Shown: piece after piece, positions 9,329-19,929 of the stretch
How the letters are laid out: each line of letters begins with the position of its first letter
Numbering within the stretch: the stretch's first letter is position 1
IMG/VR virus record: IMGVR_UViG_3300028909_000001
DNA length: 64,000 nucleotides
Strand: one strand, 5' to 3'
DNA from: a virus
Taxonomy: Duplodnaviria > Caudoviricetes
Position numbers and translations under genes: made by a program
Notes under the pieces: generated by a model
What the model was told of the DNA's origin: nothing
The model's database searches: none
What the model saw: only the letters and a program-made list of their open reading frames with translations

Positions 9329-10795
9329 ATGAACATTAATATAACTAGAGTTGATGGAGCTATTTTAATAGACCCAGCACCTAGTTATATAACATCTTAT
9401 CTACAATATTCACACAGGAGCTTTGGTTTACAAGGCTATAAGAGAGTTAACAAATTCGAAAAGAAAGAATTGTACACCGCAGCTCCTGAAAGTGGTATTA
9501 TCTCCTTTGCTGGGTTTTTTGACAAAGTTTCTAAGTTAATTGAATCAGAGAATGATACTCTGGTAGTAGATGATTGTAGAACATTTGTTAAAGAACCCAA
9601 CTTAGCAGCAGTAAGAGATATTAACTGGGATGGTATAGACAGTACTGGCTTAAGAGACTATCAGATTCCTTTGTTAGTTGAGTTTTTGTATAAAGCTTGG
9701 GCAGGTAACGGTATTTGTTGTGCAGCTGGTGGTGCTGGTAAAACTATATTAATGGCTTGTACTTATGCTGCTTTTCAAGAAATAGGTCCAACTATTATAG
9801 CTATGCCGTTAAAAACTATATTTGATACAACTTATCTTAAATTTACTAAGCTATTTCCTAACAAGCATATAGGTAGAGTAGGTGGTGGTTTTAATGATAT
9901 TTCAAATGATATTACTATAACTACATATAAATCATTAAAAAATGCTTCATTAGAGAAGTGTAAGTTATTGATAATGGATGAGATACAGAGTACTACTGGT
10001 GAGACAACGGTATCTACATTAAGTAGTATTACCCCAGTCAGAATGTTAGGGTTTACAGCTACAGATAAAAACTTGTTTAATGGCGCTGATAAACTGTTAA
10101 AAGGTTTATTTGGTGAAAGATTAATATATTTCCCTTACGCTGATGCTGAAGCTGCCGGTGCTGTAGTTCCTTGTAATGTATATATGGTTAGAGTTCCAGA
10201 TTCTGCTAGATTTAGTGGAGATAGTATGGATGCTAAGCTGATTAGAGGTATAAAAAAGAATGAGGTTAGGAATAAGTTGATAGGTGAAATTTGTAGTTCC
10301 ATTCCTAACAATTGGCAGAGTTTGACGTTTGTAGATCATATTGCTGACCATCTAATTCCATTATACAATTTCATGCCTTCTGGTACTAATTATGTACATA
10401 GGGGTCAGGGTAAGGAATTTGGAGCCTTTTCTTTAAATGTAAAGACTCAAGATAAAAATTTGAATGACTTTAGAGAAGGAAAATATCAACACCTAATTGC
10501 GACAGATGCTTTGAAAGCTGGTTGTGATTTGCCTGAAATTAGAGTAGTAATTCAAGCTAGTGGTGGAACTAGTGAAGTAGAAATATTACAGGAAGCTTAT
10601 AGAGGGGCAAGAACAGCTCCAGATAAAGAAGGTTTTTTCTTAATAGACTTTCTAGATAACCACAATGAAACGCTTGAAAATATGGCCATGAAAAGAATGG
10701 CTATCTATGAAAAACAAGGTTGGAAAGTTAAGATAGTAAATACTCCTAAAGAAATAGATTGGAGTTGGAATAAAGAAGAATTAAAAGAATTATGA
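9329..10795 (+). CDS. uvsW: Superfamily 2 helicase (UvsW-like)
   Basis: GGAGKT Walker A, MDEIQ motif II, FTAT motif III, LKAGCDLP motif V, QEAYRGAR motif VI. Confidence 0.8.
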   Translation: MNINITRVDGAILIDPAPSYITSYLQYSHRSFGLQGYKRVNKFEKKELYTAAPESGIISFAGFFDKVSKLIESENDTLVVDDCRTFVKEPNLAAVRDINWDGIDSTGLRDYQIPLLVEFLYKAWAGNGICCAAGGAGKTILMACTYAAFQEIGPTIIAMPLKTIFDTTYLKFTKLFPNKHIGRVGGGFNDISNDITITTYKSLKNASLEKCKLLIMDEIQSTTGETTVSTLSSITPVRMLGFTATDKNLFNGADKLLKGLFGERLIYFPYADAEAAGAVVPCNVYMVRVPDSARFSGDSMDAKLIRGIKKNEVRNKLIGEICSSIPNNWQSLTFVDHIADHLIPLYNFMPSGTNYVHRGQGKEFGAFSLNVKTQDKNLNDFREGKYQHLIATDALKAGCDLPEIRVVIQASGGTSEVEILQEAYRGARTAPDKEGFFLIDFLDNHNETLENMAMKRMAIYEKQGWKVKIVNTPKEIDWSWNKEELKEL

Positions 10796-10798
10796 TAA

Positions 10799-11731
10799 AT
10801 GAACACAATATTGGAACAACAACTTAAGCTTAAATATAATAAGGTTAAAGTTAGTGGAGATTGGTTTTATATCCCTTGTCCTACCTGTGCACCTCATAAT
10901 AAGAATAAAATGAAAAGATATGTGCCAGCAAATGGATATAATAGTGGTTGTTTCATTTGCGGAATTAAACAGGATGTAGCAACTCTGGTAGATGGTTACT
11001 ATATACCTTCTAATCTAGTAATTGAAGAAAAGGAAGAAGTAAGAGAAATAAACCAACTATCTCTGGTTCTTCCATATAATCATGCTATTCCAGTCAATCA
11101 ATTAGCAGAAGATCATCCAGCAATTCAATTCTTGTATAAAGATGAATTGAGAGACCTGGATACTTATGCTAATGAATACAAGATAGTGTTTGTGCCGTTT
11201 GAAGGTGGTAGGAACTTTCATAATGGTAGAACATATATTACTAGTGCTGAGAGACTTATATTCCCGGTATACTTTAATAATAGTCTGGTAGGTTGGCAAA
11301 TGAGAAGTATTCCTGGTACTATATATGGTGATTTGCAAAATGTTGTAAAGTACTACCATCTATTTCATAAAGGTGATTACTTATATAACTATGACAATGC
11401 TAAAAAGTTTAAGCAAGTAATTGTAGTTGAAGGGGTTAAGAAAGCTTTAAAATTCCCTAATAGTGTGGCTACTTGGGGTTGTTGTATATCCAAGAATCAA
11501 TTAAAGTTGATACAAACCTGGCCGGAAGTAGTTATGTTATTAGATTCAGATAAGAATAATGACAATACGCAAAAGATGGCTAATAAGTTTGTTGATAACA
11601 TTAATTTAGGTGGGAGTTCCAAGGCCATAAATATAGATTTAGCAAAATACGATGCTTCTTCACCAGATGACTTACCTAAGGATATCTTGCAAGAAATAGT
11701 TGATAATGAATGGAGGATAAATGTACATTGA
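10799..11731 (+). CDS. DNA primase-like protein
   Basis: N-terminal CPTC...CFIC zinc finger; Toprim VVEG and LLDSD motifs. Confidence 0.75.
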   Translation: MNTILEQQLKLKYNKVKVSGDWFYIPCPTCAPHNKNKMKRYVPANGYNSGCFICGIKQDVATLVDGYYIPSNLVIEEKEEVREINQLSLVLPYNHAIPVNQLAEDHPAIQFLYKDELRDLDTYANEYKIVFVPFEGGRNFHNGRTYITSAERLIFPVYFNNSLVGWQMRSIPGTIYGDLQNVVKYYHLFHKGDYLYNYDNAKKFKQVIVVEGVKKALKFPNSVATWGCCISKNQLKLIQTWPEVVMLLDSDKNNDNTQKMANKFVDNINLGGSSKAINIDLAKYDASSPDDLPKDILQEIVDNEWRINVH

Positions 11732-12278
11732 AAATTCGAATACTGCTTTAATAGAGGAATTTTGCTATGAATTTGCTAAACAATGTAATTATGTGCTTAC
11801 TAAGAGTTTAAAAAGCCAGTTATATAATCCAGTTAGTAAAGCATTGGCTATTAGTAGAGAGTTAGAGGTAGAGCCAAAAGTCTATGTAGCAGCTCATGTC
11901 TATTTCTCTCCTTTATTAAAAGGTTATACTAAACTGACTCCAAATCAGCTGTATACTAGAGATTCCAAGACTTATGTTGAAGAATATCTTAAATTTGACA
12001 GACATATAGATAGAGAGTTTGAGACTCAATGTAGAATATTGGCTGAATGCCTGGATAATGGCTGGAAAGAAAGATTAGCTTTATTAAATTCTACTTTAGA
12101 CTTTTTACCCTGGTTTAGAGTATTAATATCTACGGAAAGAGATGAAGAAATTATTAGAGTATATAGTGATGTAGCTACTAATATGTTAAGAAATGATAAA
12201 CCTCTGCTAAACTATCTTAAGACAATTAAATCAGATAGTGGTCAGGGATTGGATTTTTCAAGGTTACCTAGATTATGA
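11721..12278 (+). CDS. Hypothetical protein in replication module
   Basis: 185-aa ORF between primase and DnaB. Confidence 0.65.
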   Translation: MYIENSNTALIEEFCYEFAKQCNYVLTKSLKSQLYNPVSKALAISRELEVEPKVYVAAHVYFSPLLKGYTKLTPNQLYTRDSKTYVEEYLKFDRHIDREFETQCRILAECLDNGWKERLALLNSTLDFLPWFRVLISTERDEEIIRVYSDVATNMLRNDKPLLNYLKTIKSDSGQGLDFSRLPRL

Positions 12279-14686
12279 ATGATACAAATTTTACTGAGCC
12301 TTTAACCGATGCTGATTTTTCGGAATTGTTGATTAGGCATATGCTATTATCTCCGGAAGTGAGTAATAAAGCTAAACAATTGAATATTGTAGGAGATGAT
12401 TTAGTATTGGATGATACTTATGGTAATCAAGTATATAAAGAGCTGGTAAATATCATTAATAGTATAGATGTTAGACCAGTGCCAGCTAATACATTGTTGG
12501 ATGGCTTAAAACATAAATTTGAGGATGGAACTTTAATTGATAGTTTAAAAGATAATACACTTGAACTATTTGAGTACTTCTATAATGCAGATAGGTTGTT
12601 GGAGAGTCCTGAGTTCTTTGATAGTAGATTGTTACCTTTCCTAAAGAATAGGAGGGCACAGAAGCTTATTAATAAGTATAGGGATGATGTTCATACCTTA
12701 ACCAGTGAATTAAATAAACTCAATTTAGATTTGGCTGGCGATTCTCCTATGAGCAGGCCTAGGGTGATGAATCCTTTTAGTAGTATCATATTCAAGACTA
12801 AGAGTAGTATGATAGGTACAGGTTTAAGTAAGCTGGATGAGAAGTTGGATGGTGGACTATTATCTAGTGAATATGCTATGTTGCTAGGATTTTCAGGTGG
12901 GGGTAAATGTCATGGAAAAGGTACTAAAATATTAATGTATGACGGTTCAATAAAGAATGTTGAAGATATTAAAGTGGGTGAATTACTAATGGGTAATGAT
13001 TCAACATCTAGAGAAGTACTTAGTTTGGCTAGGGGTAGTGAGCAAATGTATAAGGTAATTCCTGTTAAGGGGGAACCTTGGACTTGTAATGAATCTCATA
13101 TCCTTAGTTTAGTATGTAATACTCAATGTGGTTTTGGTTATCAATATGGTAAGGGAAATATAGTTAATATGACAGTTAAGGATTATTGTGCTCTAATAAG
13201 AACTAAGAAAGATTGTCTTAAATTATATCGAATTGGTGTTGATTATCCTGTTAAACCTTTGAATATGGACCCGTATATCTTCGGTTGTTGGATAGGAGAT
13301 GGAACACGAGCAGCACCGAAGATTACAAATACTGATCCAGAAATTATTAGTGTAATGATGGAATGGGCTAAAATCAATAAATATAAGGTCAGACAGTATG
13401 ATATTACTTATTGTTTTAGTAGAAAACCTGAAATAAATATATTTCGTAATGAAATAAAAAGAGCTAATGGTAATAATCAAAAGAGAATTCCTAGTGATTA
13501 TTTGATTAACTCTGAAAGTAATAGGTTGCAGTTATTAGCTGGTATTATAGATACTGATGGATATCTACATCATAACTTTTATGAAGTTGTAACTAAGTAT
13601 GAAGGTTTGAGTCAAGATATTCTTTATTTAGCTAGAAGTTTAGGGTTCGCAGCATATAGTTATCCTAAAATAGCTACTATGAAAAGAGAGGATGGATCAA
13701 TATACAGATGTAAAGTATATAGAGTTAATATAAGTGGACACGTAAATAAAATTCCATGTAAAGTTATTAGAAAGCGGGCTGGGATAAGACAGCAGATTAA
13801 AGATGTATTACATGTTGGTTTTACTGTTGAGCCTATAAACGATAGAGATTATTATGGTTTTGAATTATCAGGTAATCATCTTTATCTTTTGGGGGATTTT
13901 ACAGTAACACATAATACAGCTGTAGGTACTAATATGGTGGGTATATCTGCGGAAATGGGTAGAAAGGCGGTTTATATATCTTGTGAAGAGCATGAAGATG
14001 ATTTAAGCCAAAGATTCTATTCCAGAGTATTTAGAATACCATATAGACAATTAAGACAAGGTAGTGCTAATATAGAATTGGAATCAAAGTTTAATGAAGA
14101 ATTAACTACTGAGAAAATAAAATTTTTAAAAGATAATCTCTGTTTAATGGGTTTAAAGGGGATTGATGGTGCTATAACTCCTAATCTGCTATATGAATTG
14201 TTAAAACAAAACTATGAAGAAACTGGTTTTATACCAGAACTAGTAATGCTAGATCAATTACAATTCATAACTCCAGATGCACCTATAAGAAAGAATATGC
14301 AGACTTATGAGATTGAAGGTATGACTGCAGCTGAGTTAGACCAATTATCACATAAACAAATAGGTGGTAAAGGATTTGTATTGTGGGTACAGCATCAAGC
14401 TAAAGGCAAGACTAGGGCATATTTTACTATAGATGAAATTCAAGGTTATAAAGCAATAGTAAATAAGCCAGACTTGGTTTTAGGTGTAGGCAGAGCTGGT
14501 GATAAAAGTGATGAGATAAACTTGTTTCCTTTAAAAATAAGACATTCAGCTGACTTTAAAATAACTCTTAAGACTGAATTTGAATATATGACAGTAACAT
14601 CCACGTTAGTTACTAATGACTTACCATATCAAAATTCTACCATGACAGAAGTAGATCGTACTGGTATTAGACCAGTCACTTATTAA
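12275..14686 (+). CDS. dnaB: DnaB-like replicative helicase with intein
   Basis: Spliced Walker A GFSGGGK/T, YISCEE, LDQLQ, LKIRH; follows primase. Confidence 0.85.
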   Translation: MNDTNFTEPLTDADFSELLIRHMLLSPEVSNKAKQLNIVGDDLVLDDTYGNQVYKELVNIINSIDVRPVPANTLLDGLKHKFEDGTLIDSLKDNTLELFEYFYNADRLLESPEFFDSRLLPFLKNRRAQKLINKYRDDVHTLTSELNKLNLDLAGDSPMSRPRVMNPFSSIIFKTKSSMIGTGLSKLDEKLDGGLLSSEYAMLLGFSGGGKCHGKGTKILMYDGSIKNVEDIKVGELLMGNDSTSREVLSLARGSEQMYKVIPVKGEPWTCNESHILSLVCNTQCGFGYQYGKGNIVNMTVKDYCALIRTKKDCLKLYRIGVDYPVKPLNMDPYIFGCWIGDGTRAAPKITNTDPEIISVMMEWAKINKYKVRQYDITYCFSRKPEINIFRNEIKRANGNNQKRIPSDYLINSESNRLQLLAGIIDTDGYLHHNFYEVVTKYEGLSQDILYLARSLGFAAYSYPKIATMKREDGSIYRCKVYRVNISGHVNKIPCKVIRKRAGIRQQIKDVLHVGFTVEPINDRDYYGFELSGNHLYLLGDFTVTHNTAVGTNMVGISAEMGRKAVYISCEEHEDDLSQRFYSRVFRIPYRQLRQGSANIELESKFNEELTTEKIKFLKDNLCLMGLKGIDGAITPNLLYELLKQNYEETGFIPELVMLDQLQFITPDAPIRKNMQTYEIEGMTAAELDQLSHKQIGGKGFVLWVQHQAKGKTRAYFTIDEIQGYKAIVNKPDLVLGVGRAGDKSDEINLFPLKIRHSADFKITLKTEFEYMTVTSTLVTNDLPYQNSTMTEVDRTGIRPVTY
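12908..13915 (+). mobile_element. Intein (336 aa) with LAGLIDADG homing endonuclease
   Basis: Starts C(HGKGTKILMYDG), ends VTHN before extein Thr; WIGDG and LAGIIDTDG motifs; inserted in the P-loop. Confidence 0.92.
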
Positions 14687-14691
14687 ATTTT

Positions 14692-15111
14692 ATGGGAGAA
14701 ACACTTAATGAAGATACCTTATACTATTTCTTATGCCCATTTAAGGATAGGTACTATACGTTATATTTAGGCTGGTTGAATAAGATACTAATTGAAGCTT
14801 TTAGGAAGTTGGGTGAGGAAGAGGGACATATTTATATACAGAGTGAATTTGAACAACATACTTTCATTAATTATATAGACCAGCCCCTTTTCCTCATCGA
14901 ATTTGATAAAGAAGGCATTGAGAAGTATTATAGTGATGACCATGAATTAGAATTAGAGCCGGAAGAAGGAGAGGTTTATAAAGATAATGAACCTGACACT
15001 ATTAATTATCCAGCTTACTTTACTAAAGGTATTGAATCACTTCTAGATTATAAATTAGGCAAACATTTATATGCTAATGTAGAAGGAGAATGGATACAGA
15101 TAAAATTATGA
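14692..15111 (+). CDS. Acidic hypothetical protein
   Basis: 139-aa ORF, ATGA-coupled to polymerase. Confidence 0.6.
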   Translation: MGETLNEDTLYYFLCPFKDRYYTLYLGWLNKILIEAFRKLGEEEGHIYIQSEFEQHTFINYIDQPLFLIEFDKEGIEKYYSDDHELELEPEEGEVYKDNEPDTINYPAYFTKGIESLLDYKLGKHLYANVEGEWIQIKL

Positions 15112-17846
15112 TGACAATTGATGAATTTTTAACAGAATATAATACATATAGAGTAGCTGGAGCTTCATTTATACAACCTTCAGGAGATCACGAAGCCAAG
15201 TTGATGTTAGTTCTTAGTTATCCTAGTTATGATGCTCTACAAACTGGTAACTTATTAGCTGGGGATAATGGTGATGAACTTAAAGCAGCCCTGGATTTGG
15301 CCGGCTTTCAAGAATCTGATTATTATTTAACTGCTATGGTTAAATTTGATGTAGGTTCAGCCGGAAAGCCTACTAAACAGATGATTGAACAATGTAGCGG
15401 TGTACTGGATTTTGAGATTAAAACAGTTAAACCTAGATTGATCCTTACTTTAGGAGCTGAGCCGTTTAAAAGGATTAAGAAAGAGAAAAGCAAGGTTACT
15501 AGTTATTTAGGCAATATTATAGATTGTCCTTATGACTGCAAGCTGTTACCTAACTATTCTCCTGGAATGATAGTTGGCCAGGACCCTACACTAAGGTCTG
15601 CATTTAGAGAGGTGTTTACTCTAGCTAAAAGATTTATAGAAGATAAGCTGGATTATACTAGATATGATAAACTAGTAGTAGATGACCCTGAATTAAGTAA
15701 AGTTATTATACAAGAATATATAGATAAGAAGGCATTCCTAGTAGGTTATGATGGAGAATGGAAGGGGAAGAAGATGACTGATGATGAGGTCATGTATACT
15801 TTTCAGTATTCTTGTGAACCTAATGTAGCTATTGTATTGGATATTTCAAAAGATGGTGTAACTGAGAATAAAGAATTACTTGATACAGTAAAGCCATTAT
15901 TAGAACATCCACAAGTACAAAGAATGGGTTGGAATATTAGAGTTGATGATGAAAGGCTTAAATTGAGAGGGTTTAATTTATCTGATGACACTCTATTCTT
16001 TGATGGTATGAAAGCTTGTGGATTCTTAGATAGTAGGTATCCTAAAGGTCTAGAAACTGGTATTAAGTACTTCACTAACTATAAACCTTATTATAAAGAG
16101 ATGCCAGATCTCCTCAAAAAGCATGGGTTGAAGTGGGAAGAGTTAGCCCAATTAAAGTTATTAGAGCCTGATTTCTTTTATGAGTATTGTGGTGGTGATG
16201 CAGTAGCTCATAGGACTGCTTGTTTAGCTATGAAGGAAAGTATGGATAAGTTACCAGAGAAAGTAAGAACTTACTTTTATAATACATATCTACCTTTAAC
16301 TCATTATTTCATGGATTTGGAGTTAGCTGGGATACCTATAGATTTGGTGAAAATGGAAGAAATGACTAATCAATATGTATCTAAATATGAAGAACTTAAA
16401 GATATATTAAAAACTAGATTAACTGGTATCTTCCCAGATTTTAATCCAGCTAGTGCACCTCAAAAGAAGAAGTTATTATATCAAGTACTCGGTTTAGCCC
16501 CAGCCTTTTATACTAAAAAAGGAAAGATTAAACCCAGAGCTTGGTACGATCAACAAAAAGCAGGTACAAAGAAGCATTATTCTCCTAGTACTAATAGTAA
16601 ATCATTAAGTACTATATGTTTCGATCTAGAGAAGGAATTGGAAAAACCACAACCAGATAACTTAATACAGGATAAATATATTATAGTTAAGAATCTATTA
16701 GATTTAACTAGAGTAGGAGTATTTGCTACTAAGTTCTTGTGTAAAACTGGTACTGAGTTTGAAGAAATAGATGAAGCAGATCTGGAAGGTGATGCTGACG
16801 AGGATGCCAAAAAGAGTTCATATTGGGCGGCTATTTGTAAAGATGGCAAGATTCACCCAAGTTTTTATGAATGCTTGGATAACTTTAGAAGTAGTAGCAA
16901 GCCTAATGTACAGAATCCAGCTTCCAAAGTGTTAAGTAATATCCCTAATATATTTGTGCCTGGTTATAGTTTAATGAGTAAAGATGACCAAAAGAAGAAT
17001 TATCATCTAATACCAAGTAATCTTAGACATATATTCTATTCCGGGGACCCTGATTGGTATTGGGCTGAGATCGACATAGCCAGTGCCGACCTCGGAATAT
17101 TAGCATTCCTAAGTAAAGACCCTAAATATATAAATGACATTCTTAGTGGTGGATTTCATTTAACCAAAGCTAGAGAGTATTTCCAAGACCCAAATGTAAC
17201 TAAAAACGATTATTCTAAATATGTGTCAGCAAAGTCTATTACATTTAGAGTATCATACACTTCAGAACTATTAGCTGCCTCAATGCCTATTCAAGCAGAG
17301 ATTTATGCAGAAAGTGGCATTTATCTACCTATTCAACGTATCGAATATGCTTTGAAGACATGGGAGCAATATACACAATATATGGAGTTTAGGAAGCAAT
17401 GTATGCAGCAAGTAGAAGAATATAAGTATATAGAGAATGCTAGAGGTTTAAAATACCATTTCGAAGATAGTGATGACTTTAGAATATTGGCTGGTTGGAA
17501 GAATGAAAGTTTGGCTTTTCCACCTGCTAGTGAATTAGCATTGTTTATGTGGGATATATGTGTAACTATGAAACGTTATCTAGTTAAAGAAGGGGTCTGG
17601 ATGAAGTGGATTAAACCAGTAAATAGTGTTCATGATGCTGCATATTATCTTGTACATAAAGATGTTATGAAAGATAATTGGTTTCCTGAAGTTTGTAAGA
17701 ACTACTTTACTAAAGAATGTAAAATAGCTACTGGTGATACTTTAGGAATGGAAATGTCAGTAGGAGATAGATGGAAATGTAAGGAGGAGGCTTTTCATGG
17801 GGAGACGGTCTGGGACTTCAATAATAAATGCTGGAATTGGAAATAA
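15108..17846 (+). CDS. polA: Family A DNA polymerase with N-terminal UDG-like domain and 3'-5' exonuclease
   Basis: UDG family 4-like N-terminus (YLTAMVK...LILTLG), Exo I/II/III (YDGE, NIRVD, YCGGD), motif A DIASADL, motif B AKSITFRVSY, motif C VHD. Confidence 0.85.
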   Translation: MMTIDEFLTEYNTYRVAGASFIQPSGDHEAKLMLVLSYPSYDALQTGNLLAGDNGDELKAALDLAGFQESDYYLTAMVKFDVGSAGKPTKQMIEQCSGVLDFEIKTVKPRLILTLGAEPFKRIKKEKSKVTSYLGNIIDCPYDCKLLPNYSPGMIVGQDPTLRSAFREVFTLAKRFIEDKLDYTRYDKLVVDDPELSKVIIQEYIDKKAFLVGYDGEWKGKKMTDDEVMYTFQYSCEPNVAIVLDISKDGVTENKELLDTVKPLLEHPQVQRMGWNIRVDDERLKLRGFNLSDDTLFFDGMKACGFLDSRYPKGLETGIKYFTNYKPYYKEMPDLLKKHGLKWEELAQLKLLEPDFFYEYCGGDAVAHRTACLAMKESMDKLPEKVRTYFYNTYLPLTHYFMDLELAGIPIDLVKMEEMTNQYVSKYEELKDILKTRLTGIFPDFNPASAPQKKKLLYQVLGLAPAFYTKKGKIKPRAWYDQQKAGTKKHYSPSTNSKSLSTICFDLEKELEKPQPDNLIQDKYIIVKNLLDLTRVGVFATKFLCKTGTEFEEIDEADLEGDADEDAKKSSYWAAICKDGKIHPSFYECLDNFRSSSKPNVQNPASKVLSNIPNIFVPGYSLMSKDDQKKNYHLIPSNLRHIFYSGDPDWYWAEIDIASADLGILAFLSKDPKYINDILSGGFHLTKAREYFQDPNVTKNDYSKYVSAKSITFRVSYTSELLAASMPIQAEIYAESGIYLPIQRIEYALKTWEQYTQYMEFRKQCMQQVEEYKYIENARGLKYHFEDSDDFRILAGWKNESLAFPPASELALFMWDICVTMKRYLVKEGVWMKWIKPVNSVHDAAYYLVHKDVMKDNWFPEVCKNYFTKECKIATGDTLGMEMSVGDRWKCKEEAFHGETVWDFNNKCWNWK

Positions 17847-17890
17847 GTCTGATTCTATAGCAAACAACAAACAATAATAACAACAACTAT

Positions 17891-18673
17891 ATGTTAATAA
17901 TTAATCTAAATACTAAACGTGTCAATCAAAGCACCATTGACCCCGACATTGTAATCTTGACTGGTGCATCACAAGAACTGATTACTAGCCTGCAAAAGCA
18001 TGTATTGTCAGCGTCTGGTACAGCCAAGATTTCAACTAATGAGATTCCGGTAAATACTAATAGGGTTAGTAGGACAGTGCCAGAAAGTACTTATGCTTCA
18101 GCTGATTCAAATTTCACTGAGAACTTTGAGAAGCTGAGTGAGGTAATTGATAATATTACCAACAATGCATTTGAGCCTGCAGTTAAGGTTAAGACTACAA
18201 ACTCAAAGCCTAACCGTACTTTGCTCAGGAATAAGGTTAAGGCTAAGGCTAAGAAGAATGTAGTACCTGCTCCTTATACACGTGACTTGTTGACAGTAAT
18301 TGACGATCTTTTAAGTAATGAAGACTTTGTAAGTGAAGTAAGAGCTACCTATCTTGATAGAGGTAATTTCATTTCTGAGAATACCATTCTTACACCTCAA
18401 AATGTTAAAGTAGCATTGGCTTTGTGGGGGTATTATGGAATACAGAATCCATTTAGCTCTAGTAACGGAGTTGATACTATTAAAAGTAATATCCGGACTA
18501 GCCAAGATACTATTATAAGGTTGAATTCGAAGTTTAAAATTCTTTATGTAGAGGGTGATGGTTCTTCAACCAAATATAGTGTTAGTGAAGAATTCGATCA
18601 GATTGTAAGACTGGTGCTTGCTTCTGACGAATTTATGGATCTTGCTCAAGTCTTGCCAGCCTATAAAAGTTAA
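17891..18673 (+). CDS. Hypothetical protein
   Basis: 260-aa ORF after a G-poor leader. Confidence 0.65.
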   Translation: MLIINLNTKRVNQSTIDPDIVILTGASQELITSLQKHVLSASGTAKISTNEIPVNTNRVSRTVPESTYASADSNFTENFEKLSEVIDNITNNAFEPAVKVKTTNSKPNRTLLRNKVKAKAKKNVVPAPYTRDLLTVIDDLLSNEDFVSEVRATYLDRGNFISENTILTPQNVKVALALWGYYGIQNPFSSSNGVDTIKSNIRTSQDTIIRLNSKFKILYVEGDGSSTKYSVSEEFDQIVRLVLASDEFMDLAQVLPAYKS

Positions 18674-18685
18674 GTAAATAACCTC

Positions 18686-18720
18686 AGCCCCAATAACATC
18701 TAGTTGTTGGGGCTTTTTCT
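18686..18720 (+). terminator. Rho-independent terminator
   Basis: AGCCCCAATAAC / GTTGTTGGGGCT stem followed by T-run. Confidence 0.7.
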
Positions 18721-18721
18721 T

Positions 18722-19222
18722 ATGGATGACCCAATTTTATACATAACATTTAAAGATACTGTATCTAGTAGTAATGACAAAGGTTTAGGTATAGTGGTTG
18801 AGAATTTACGTAATCAACTTCTTAATGTAGCAGACAAAATTAAGGCTGATCCTGAAACCATCTATCATTATATTAGACAAGATTTACCTATTCTTCAGAT
18901 TAATTTATCAGCTCCAATAATTGTATCGCCCAGTGCTGGCTGGCCCCCACCTCAAGAAACAAATAATACACAGATTAATGGTGAACAAACTTTAATAGAT
19001 CAAATTTTCAAAGATCTAAAGAAAACCCATAAAAGTGAAGCAATAATCAAATATATGGTTCAAAATTCTGGTATTGACCTTACCGTAGACCAGATAGCCC
19101 AAGGAGCTTCAATAACTAAACAAGAACTGACTTCCTGGTTATCTCAAACAGCTAAAAAGATTCCTGCAATAGAAAATACTTCTAGAGGAATATACAAATT
19201 TAACCCTAATCAATTAACTTAA
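18722..19222 (+). CDS. Putative winged-HTH protein (paralog A)
   Basis: C-terminal ELTSWLSQTAK...ENTSRGIYKFN shared with next ORF. Confidence 0.55.
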   Translation: MDDPILYITFKDTVSSSNDKGLGIVVENLRNQLLNVADKIKADPETIYHYIRQDLPILQINLSAPIIVSPSAGWPPPQETNNTQINGEQTLIDQIFKDLKKTHKSEAIIKYMVQNSGIDLTVDQIAQGASITKQELTSWLSQTAKKIPAIENTSRGIYKFNPNQLT

Positions 19223-19225
19223 ACT

Positions 19226-19870
19226 ATGCCTGTCCCAACTAATAAAATCAGCCTCCTATTTACAGTTCCTTTAGAATCGAGTGACTCCAAAGTAGTAAGA
19301 GCTGCTTATAAAGAGCTAGCTTCCCAAGTCCTAAGATTTGCTGAAGCTATTAAAATTGATCCTAATATCATGATTGTACATACTACAGTCTCTGAAGACC
19401 TCAAAGACCTTAAAGCTTGTACTCATACTATAGTTGACCCCAAACTAGCAGAACTCCAAACCATTAATAAGAAAGTAGCTAGTGGTAAGTCTGCGGTAGA
19501 TAATCCTAATCAACCTATTACTGAACTTTCTAAAGGGTTTGAAGATGAACCGGCTAGAGTTACTTCAATGCCTATGTCTGAATGGAAGGAAGAGAAGGAG
19601 GCAGTATCTATTCCAGTAGTAGATGTAGATAAGTTGAAGGAGAAGCTGCTTGAGCAATTTCAAAGATTAACTACCAAGACCAAGGCTGTGATTGAGTTTC
19701 TAGCCAATAATCATGATAAGGAAGTAACTAGTGAAGAGATTGCTACTGGAGCTAAACTAGAAGCTAAAGAGATTACTAGCTGGCTTAGTCAAACTGGTAA
19801 AACAGTTAAAGCACTTGAGAATGTTAAACGTGGTGTTTATAAGCTTAATTCAACTAAGGTGAAGATTTAA
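19226..19870 (+). CDS. Putative winged-HTH protein (paralog B)
   Basis: C-terminal EITSWLSQTGK...ENVKRGVYKLN. Confidence 0.55.
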   Translation: MPVPTNKISLLFTVPLESSDSKVVRAAYKELASQVLRFAEAIKIDPNIMIVHTTVSEDLKDLKACTHTIVDPKLAELQTINKKVASGKSAVDNPNQPITELSKGFEDEPARVTSMPMSEWKEEKEAVSIPVVDVDKLKEKLLEQFQRLTTKTKAVIEFLANNHDKEVTSEEIATGAKLEAKEITSWLSQTGKTVKALENVKRGVYKLNSTKVKI

Positions 19871-19876
19871 TTTAGC

Positions 19877-19925
19877 AGCTCCTTAATAGTAAGTATTCAA
19901 TTACTGAAATTAAGGAGCTTTCTTT
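19877..19925 (+). terminator. Hairpin/terminator
   Basis: AGCTCCTTAAT / ATTAAGGAGCT stem followed by T-rich tract. Confidence 0.6.
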
Positions 19926-19929
19926 AATT

